Shown piece by piece: positions 57,189 to 64,000 of a stretch of DNA of 64,000 bases. The notes beneath the pieces were generated by a model. The model saw only the letters and a list, made by a program, of their open reading frames with translations. It had not been told where the DNA came from and searched no databases. The position numbers and the translations under genes are program-made. Position 1 is the stretch's first letter; every line of letters begins with the position of its first letter. Source of the DNA: the human T2T-CHM13v2.0 reference genome, Homo sapiens; NCBI RefSeq assembly GCF_009914755.1, contig NC_060928.1. One strand, 5' to 3'.

Positions 57189-58975
57189 TCCAAAGTGTCT
57201 TTAATTGATGCCTTTTATTTAGCTATTGTTGTATATGTTGGGTCAGGATATTTTTCAATTTAAACACTTCTAATCTTATCCTTCCTAGTATTTTATTGTG
57301 ATAAAAATCACACATTAATACTATAATATTTTATTTTTAATAGTGAAATCTATCAAAACTCTTAATGATGTGCTCCTAAAGGAAATACCGATGCTCCACG
57401 ACATAGCCTTCTGAAGAAGACACACCTTTGAAAGATGTATGAGTGAATATGTGTGTTCCCAAATATATGACAGTACAAAGGCCACGGCCATTGCCTGGGC
57501 ATTGCCTTGGGGTTTATGAAAGTTACCTGACGGGTGGAAAAATAGCCAAGCCTTTCCTGTGTGATATACTTTGGTTCATGAGTAGCATATCATTTCTCCA
57601 GGTTAAAGACTTTAAGCTAAGGCATCAAACAAGTTTCTGTACATGCCAAAGAGCAAAAGGAAGGATGCCAGAGACAAGTCATTTTCAGTTATGACTAACT
57701 TCCTGAATCAGTAAGATTCACTAAAGAATTGGAGAACAATAAACTTTGCTTTGAGATTTTTGTTTTAGAATAATATAACAACAAGCTTAGAAAGTAGTTG
57801 AATTGGTCTTCATCTGACAAGAATGACACAAGTCTCCACAGTGCAAAACTAAACAAAATATTCCCTCTCCCCTGCCCTGCTTAATTTTTTTAACTAATAG
57901 ATGATAATGGAGGCATAATGGAAACCAGGAATCAGATGATACATTTCAAGTGTGAAATGCAAAAATTTTCTTTACTCTGGGTTTGTAATATGCAATTGCT
58001 TTTTTCATATTCTATATTAAGGCAGGATAAATTTACCATCCAGTCAAATTCATTTCTTCTGCAGACACAGTATCACTGTCCCCATGTAGGTTGCCATCAT
58101 TTATCTCTTGAAACTAATTTATTCCCTGCCTCCAAGCAGCTGTGAAAATGATCTAAATGAGACACAAAATTGCCACGCTACTCCTCTGTGTAAAATCTTT
58201 CTAACCTTGCAGTGGCTACAATTACCAGGAACATGAAATCCAAGCTCCTCGTTCCCTGGTCTGGTTCCTAATTTCTTTTTCAACTTCACTTCTTGCCAAA
58301 CTCTAAATTCCTGCAACCTAAAAGTGCTGGCTGTTTCCTGCATATATCATGCCTCTGCTCACGTAGGATCTTCCATCTAGAACGTCACACCTTACTTTCA
58401 TCTCAGCCTGGTTGAATCTGACTTATCCTTTGCCCCCAAGTTAGGGACATAACTCTGTGGTCAAGGGAATAGTTTTCAAATCTGCCAGAGTGGTGTTTAA
58501 ATGCCCCTTCACTACATACGACCTGCATGAACTCAGTCAAGTTATTCAACCGGCCCAAGCTCAATTGCCCTATCTGTAAAACAGGGGCAATAATACTTAT
58601 TTATAATGTTGTTTTGAGGATTAATTGAGATATTTACAAAGTGCTTAGAAGAGCACCTGGCACATAGCAAGTTCTTTATTAATGTGTATAACTAAGTATT
58701 ATTGTCACCCACCATGCAAAGACTTTCCTGATACCACCACTATCTGGCTGTAGAAGAGGCCTCTTCTCTGTTCCTTTATAATACTTTATTGAAAATTCTA
58801 TCATAAAAATTATAACATTGTAATATGATTATCTTTTATAAAATGGCTTTTTAAATTTATCATAAATTCTCTCAGTACTACAACCATACCTATTTCATTT
58901 TTGCATTCCCATGGCTTAATATAGTGTCTGACATGTAGTAAACATCCAGCTAATATTTATTGAATGATTAATAAA

Positions 58976-59351
58976 TGATATTCTGTCCCCAGCCAAATCT
59001 TATCTTGAGGTATAATCACCATAATCCCCATCTGTAAAGGGAGAGACCAGGTGGAGGTGATTGAATCATGGAGGCAGTTTCCCCCGTGCCATTCTCTTGA
59101 GAGTGAGTGAGTTCTCACGAGATCTTATGGTTTTATAAGGGGCTCTTCCCTTTTCACTCTTTCACTCAGTACTTCTCCTTCTTGACGCCTTGTGAAGAAG
59201 GTGCCTTGCTTTCCCTTTGCCTTCTTCCATAACTGTAAGTTGTCTGAGGTCTCCTCAGCCATGCTGAACTGTGAGTCAATTAAATTTCTTTCCTTTATAA
59301 ATTACCCAATCTCAGCAGTTCTTTATAACAGTATGAAAATGGACTAATACA
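58976..59351 (+). mobile_element. THE1C/D solo LTR
   Basis: 'tgatat...gagagaccaggtggaggtgattgaatcatgg...ggactaataca'. Confidence 0.87.
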
Positions 59352-59639
59352 TTAATCAATGAACGCAAATTTCTCAGAATAAAATAAATATATGTACATA
59401 AGTTGTTACAGATAGTCATTGCTACACACACACACACAAAAACACATCAAAATTTACTGAATTTAAACAAGGAGACATTTATCTTTTTCAGAAATCTGCA
59501 ATTTGGGCTGTGCTGATGGGGAGAGCTCTTCCCTGCTCTGCTTGGCAAAATCTGTGGTAGCTCAGAAACTAAATGCTGGAATCATGTGAAGTCTTGCTGA
59601 GTCCATATGTCTGGTGGTTGTTGCTGGGTGTCACCTTAG

Positions 59640-60158
59640 CAAAAGGCATATAATTAAGGCCACTTGTTAGTTGACTTTAAAATAGGGAGATGATCTGAGT
59701 GCCTTAATCTAACCACATGAATCTTTTTAAAACAGAAAATTTTCTCTGGCTGGTGGCTGAAGGCAGAAGAAGTGAGATATTTGAAGCTCAGTGGGGATTT
59801 GATGTACCATGGCTAGCTTTAAGATGGAGAGGGCCACGTGCCAAAGAATGTGAGTAGCGCTAGGAGATGAGAGCTGCCCCCTGATGACAGCCAGCTAGGA
59901 AATGTGTATCTCAGTGCTACACGGAATTGAATTCTGCCAGCAGCCTGAATGAACTCAGAAGTAGATACTACCCTAGAGGTTCCACGTAAAAGTCCAGCCT
60001 GACTAGATCCCAGATTTCAGCCTTGTGAAATACTAAGCAGAGAATCCAAATGAACCATGCTGTACTTATGCCCTACATAACTGTGAACTAATAAATCTGT
60101 ATTGTTTGAGGTGCTGCATTTGTGGCAATTAGTTACAAAGCAATAGAAAACTAAAACA
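59640..60158 (+). mobile_element. MLT1D-type LTR
   Basis: 'gactttaaaatagggagatgatc...gaattgaattctgcca...gcaatagaaaactaaaaca'. Confidence 0.7.
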
Positions 60159-60483
60159 ATGGAGTTTCTGGGGACAGCATTCAGAAAAGAAATATTGCTA
60201 TGACCATTTAAGAACTACCAATAAGTATCTATTCAGAGTATTTGGGTTGGTAATGTTTTTGCTTGAACATAAATACTTTAAAAGTAATTATCATTAAAAG
60301 TCTTTGGATTTAAGGCTAATTTTAAGGTAATTTTTACAAATTACCATAAATTATGATACAAAGTCTCAGGCTGATTCATTTTTGAGGCTCTGAAAGAGGA
60401 GATTCGTCCAGATTCTTAACCAGGATCAAGATTTAGACAGAAGGCTACTGACCTTGGGCCTGCCGGGAGGTCAACTCTTAGAT

Positions 60484-61455
60484 GCTGTTGTGGTTAAACT
60501 CTGTCCCCACCAGAAAGATATGTTGAAGTCTTAATGCCCAGTACCTCAGAATGTGACCTTATATGAAAATGGGGTCTTTACAGGGATAACCATGTTAAAA
60601 TGAGGTCATTAGGTTGGGCCCTAATTTAATATTACTGGTATTTTATAAAAACGGAAATTTTGAACACAGAGACATGCACAGACAGAAGACTATGTTAAGA
60701 GACACAGGGAGAACACCATATGGCAGAGACTGGACTGATGCAGCTACAAGCCAAGAAATGCCATAGACTGCCAGGAAACAAGCAGAAGCTAGTAGGGGGC
60801 AATGGAACAGATTCTCTATCCTGGTTCCCAGTAAAAACCAACCTTGCCAATTGAACTCTAGCCTCCAGAACTATAAAATAATGATTTCCGTTGTTTAAGC
60901 CACTCAGTTTGCGGAAGCCCTAGAAAACTAATACAGATGGCAAAAGGAAGTGGGCTGCTTCAGCAAGAAATATCTTAAAAAGTATAAGTTGTTTTGAACT
61001 TAAGAAATGCGCAAAGACTGAGTTTTGAGGAAAATGGCAGAAAAAGCCAAAATTGCCTTGAAGAGATTGTTGGTAAAAAATATGGATGTTAAAGGAGAGT
61101 CTGTGGAGAGCTCATAAAGAGTAAACCTGGAGAGAAAGCTTCTATCATCTTAGATCATACATCATCATGAACAATGTTGCTAGAAATATAAATGTTAAAG
61201 GTGGTGGGGTATCAGACAAAAATGAGGATCATTTTATTGGAAACTGGAGAATAGGTGATCCATGTTAATGGAAACTGAAGAAAAGGTGACAGAGAATTTG
61301 GTTGAATTGTGTTCTATAGAGTGGAAAGAACTTATTCATGATGAACTTGGATATTTAACTGAGGAGAATTTTAAGCAAAGTATTGAAGGTGCAGCCTGGT
61401 TTCTCCTTGTTGTTTATAGTAAAACAAGAGAGGTAAAAGATAAACTAAAGAAGGA
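60484..61455 (+). mobile_element. MLT1B/C LTR (to about 60935) plus internal sequence
   Basis: 'aagatatgttgaagtc...cagtacctcagaatgtgacctta...aaactaataca' followed by MLT1-int-like text. Confidence 0.75.
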
Positions 61456-61667
61456 ATCCTGCCTGAGTTTTCCTGTAGATTTTGAATTCCCTGCAGATTT
61501 TGGACTCAAGAGTGCAACATCAACATTTATCTGAATTTTTAGGCTGCCATCCTGGTCTACAAATTTCTTGCTTGCTAGCTTCCACAGTTGTGTGAGTCAA
61601 TTATTTAAAATCTCAAATGTGATCTCTTTCTCTCTGTCTCCATATGCATGTACATGCCATGCATGGC

Positions 61668-61765
61668 TATATATGTGTGTGTGTGTAAATATTTATATAT
61701 ACACACATTATAGATATATATATACATTTTGTGTGTATGTGTGTGTGAATAGCCAGTATATATAC
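61668..61765. repeat. (TA)n/(TG)n degenerate microsatellite
   Basis: Dinucleotide runs seen directly. Confidence 0.8.
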
Positions 61766-62507
61766 CTAGCATGTCAGACAGTGTGTGACGCACCTTGAAT
61801 AAGTAATGTGAGAAGCCATTGTAACCAGTATATCTAGCTTAGGTAGACTGGAGAATAACATTGCTGTTAGGATGTTTTTAATATTCAGTATCTCATAGGT
61901 AGTTATAAATCGAGTTTAGGGAAAATAATTCAGGGCTAGAGTTCTGGAAACCATCTGTAAACAATTTTTTAAAAAACTGTGGTACTAGATAACTTTTTGA
62001 AATCAGAGGGTAGGAAATAAAGTTGTTGAGAAAAGAAGAGAGAAGAACTCAATACACTTGAGGGTACCCTTTTGTGAAACATGCCTTGAGGAAACAGAAT
62101 AGCCTATATGGATTTGTACTTATATTTTTCAAAAATTATCTCTAAGCATCTATATTAGTCAATGCTCTCCAGAAAAACAGATGATGACTCCAGCCTCCTT
62201 GAGTTTCAGTCTGGGAAAGCTCAAAGTTGCCAAAAGAATCTGTTTGTTCCAGCCAACACCTTATTTTGGTGCTAATATTTTACAGTTCTTCTCTAATGCT
62301 GACTAATCTCCCTTTTTAATCAAAAGAAATCCAACTCTAAATGAATCACATTTTTTATTCATTATGCTGATACTGTTAGTTTTTAACAGGTTATTATGTT
62401 GTTTCGATTTATATTAATCATACAAAGTTTTCTATTTAAAAATTCATTTACATATAAAAGGTAAGTTAATTTAAAAAATATTAAGTATATAAGAGAAATA
62501 GGAAGAT

Positions 62508-62720
62508 TGACAAAATACTTTTCCTGACTAACTATAGCCAGGTTCCTCTGAGCCCATTTACTGGCAAAGTCTCCACCTTGGGCTATAAAAACTACAGACT
62601 CTCAGCACAACTGATTTCATCCACATCCTCCCCCCTCCCACCCATACACACATATCAAAAGACTTGAACAAACACTAATATAGTTTCTAACAGCTCAAGG
62701 TTGCATTCTTAAGATGAAAT
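62508..62720 (+). mobile_element. MER67/MER31-like ERV1 LTR fragment
   Basis: 'tgacaaaa..ccaggttcctctgagccc' and 'aaagacttgaacaaacactaatatagtttctaacagctcaagg'. Confidence 0.55.
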
Positions 62721-62820
62721 TTGGAGTTATCCTGGCCTTCTCTCTCTCTCTACATCAAATTAATTTTGTTAATTTTGTCTCCAAAATGCCACTAATCATC
62801 TCTTCATTCTCTGCCACTGA

Positions 62821-63156
<336 letters not shown>

Positions 63157-63772
63157 TGTCTTACCTAGATTATTAAAATAAAAAACTCTCTTTCCCTTTC
63201 ATTCTCATCACCTCATTTGATTTCTTTTCATTTTACACATCGTTAGAGAAAGCCCCCTAGAGCAAAAAATTCTGTTATTTCCTTCCTTACGATGGTTTCT
63301 GCATAGATTAATGGTGAAATGCTAACTAGTACGTCCCTGTTCAAAGCCCTTCACAAAGTGATACAAACTCTTCTTTCTATGATTCCTCCTCTACCCTATA
63401 CACTTTCTATTTTGTGATATGAAAATATTTCTAAAGATCAAATTTTTATGCTCAAAATTTGAAAAAATATAAAAGTCTAAAAAACTTAGAATAATTTAAA
63501 AATGGGCCTCAAAAGTGAATTGAAAGATGTATTTTATACTGTAGACACATGGTGGCACCATTTTAGCAGCCTAGCAGCAATACTAGAGAACCTTTGTTAA
63601 TATTGTGTGATTATGCTCTAAAATTGTGCAAGCGCTTTAAATGGCTAATGTGATACTACTTTAATCATTTATTAATGGTATTTTTAGTGCTAGAAATGCT
63701 CCACAATATCAATAACTTTGAAACAGAATTTAGAGGTGATAGTTATTTATACATTGTTTTTATTACTCTTTT

Positions 63773-64000
63773 GTTATGGGCTGAATTGTGTCAACACTTC
63801 CATGTTTATATGTTGATGTTCAAACCCCCAATATCTCAGAATGAGACTGTATTTAGAGATAGGGTCTTTAATGAAATAATTAATTTAAAATTATTAGGAT
63901 TGGCCCAAATCAAATATGACTAGAGTCTTGATAAGAAAATTAGGACACAGACATGTATAGAGAGAAGACCCTGTAAGAACGCAGAAGGTACTGATCTGCA
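63773..64000 (+). mobile_element. MLT1B-type LTR (runs off the window)
   Basis: 'tgttatgggctgaattgtgtc...tcagaatgagactgtatttagagatagggtcttta'. Confidence 0.8.

Overview
AT-rich, repeat-dense primate (very likely human) genomic DNA. It holds one protein-coding gene, YIPF7 (Yip1-domain family member 7), on the minus strand in six coding exons (40548 down to 11353; 71+117+164+146+182+163 = 843 nt = 280 aa + stop). The rest is intronic or intergenic: Alu, MIR, L1, L2, MaLR LTR and DNA-transposon relics, plus a 1.1-kb retrocopy of a GC-rich 3'UTR. Almost all entries in the supplied ORF track are spurious. Main oddities: (1) the intron-3 donor reads ATAAGT instead of GTAAGT, inside the conserved EPPLLEELG motif; (2) three local copy-paste events inside the gene (an inverted 166-bp insert splitting an Alu beside exon 2, a duplication with a templated insert inside an L1, and an old ~350-bp direct duplication bracketing exon 3); (3) a strong CTCF-like motif in coding exon 4 and a DUX4-like motif in an intronic, complete MSTA element. 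Gene identity and repeat subfamily names come from recalled sequences, not from a database search. No convincing wholly new biological system was found.
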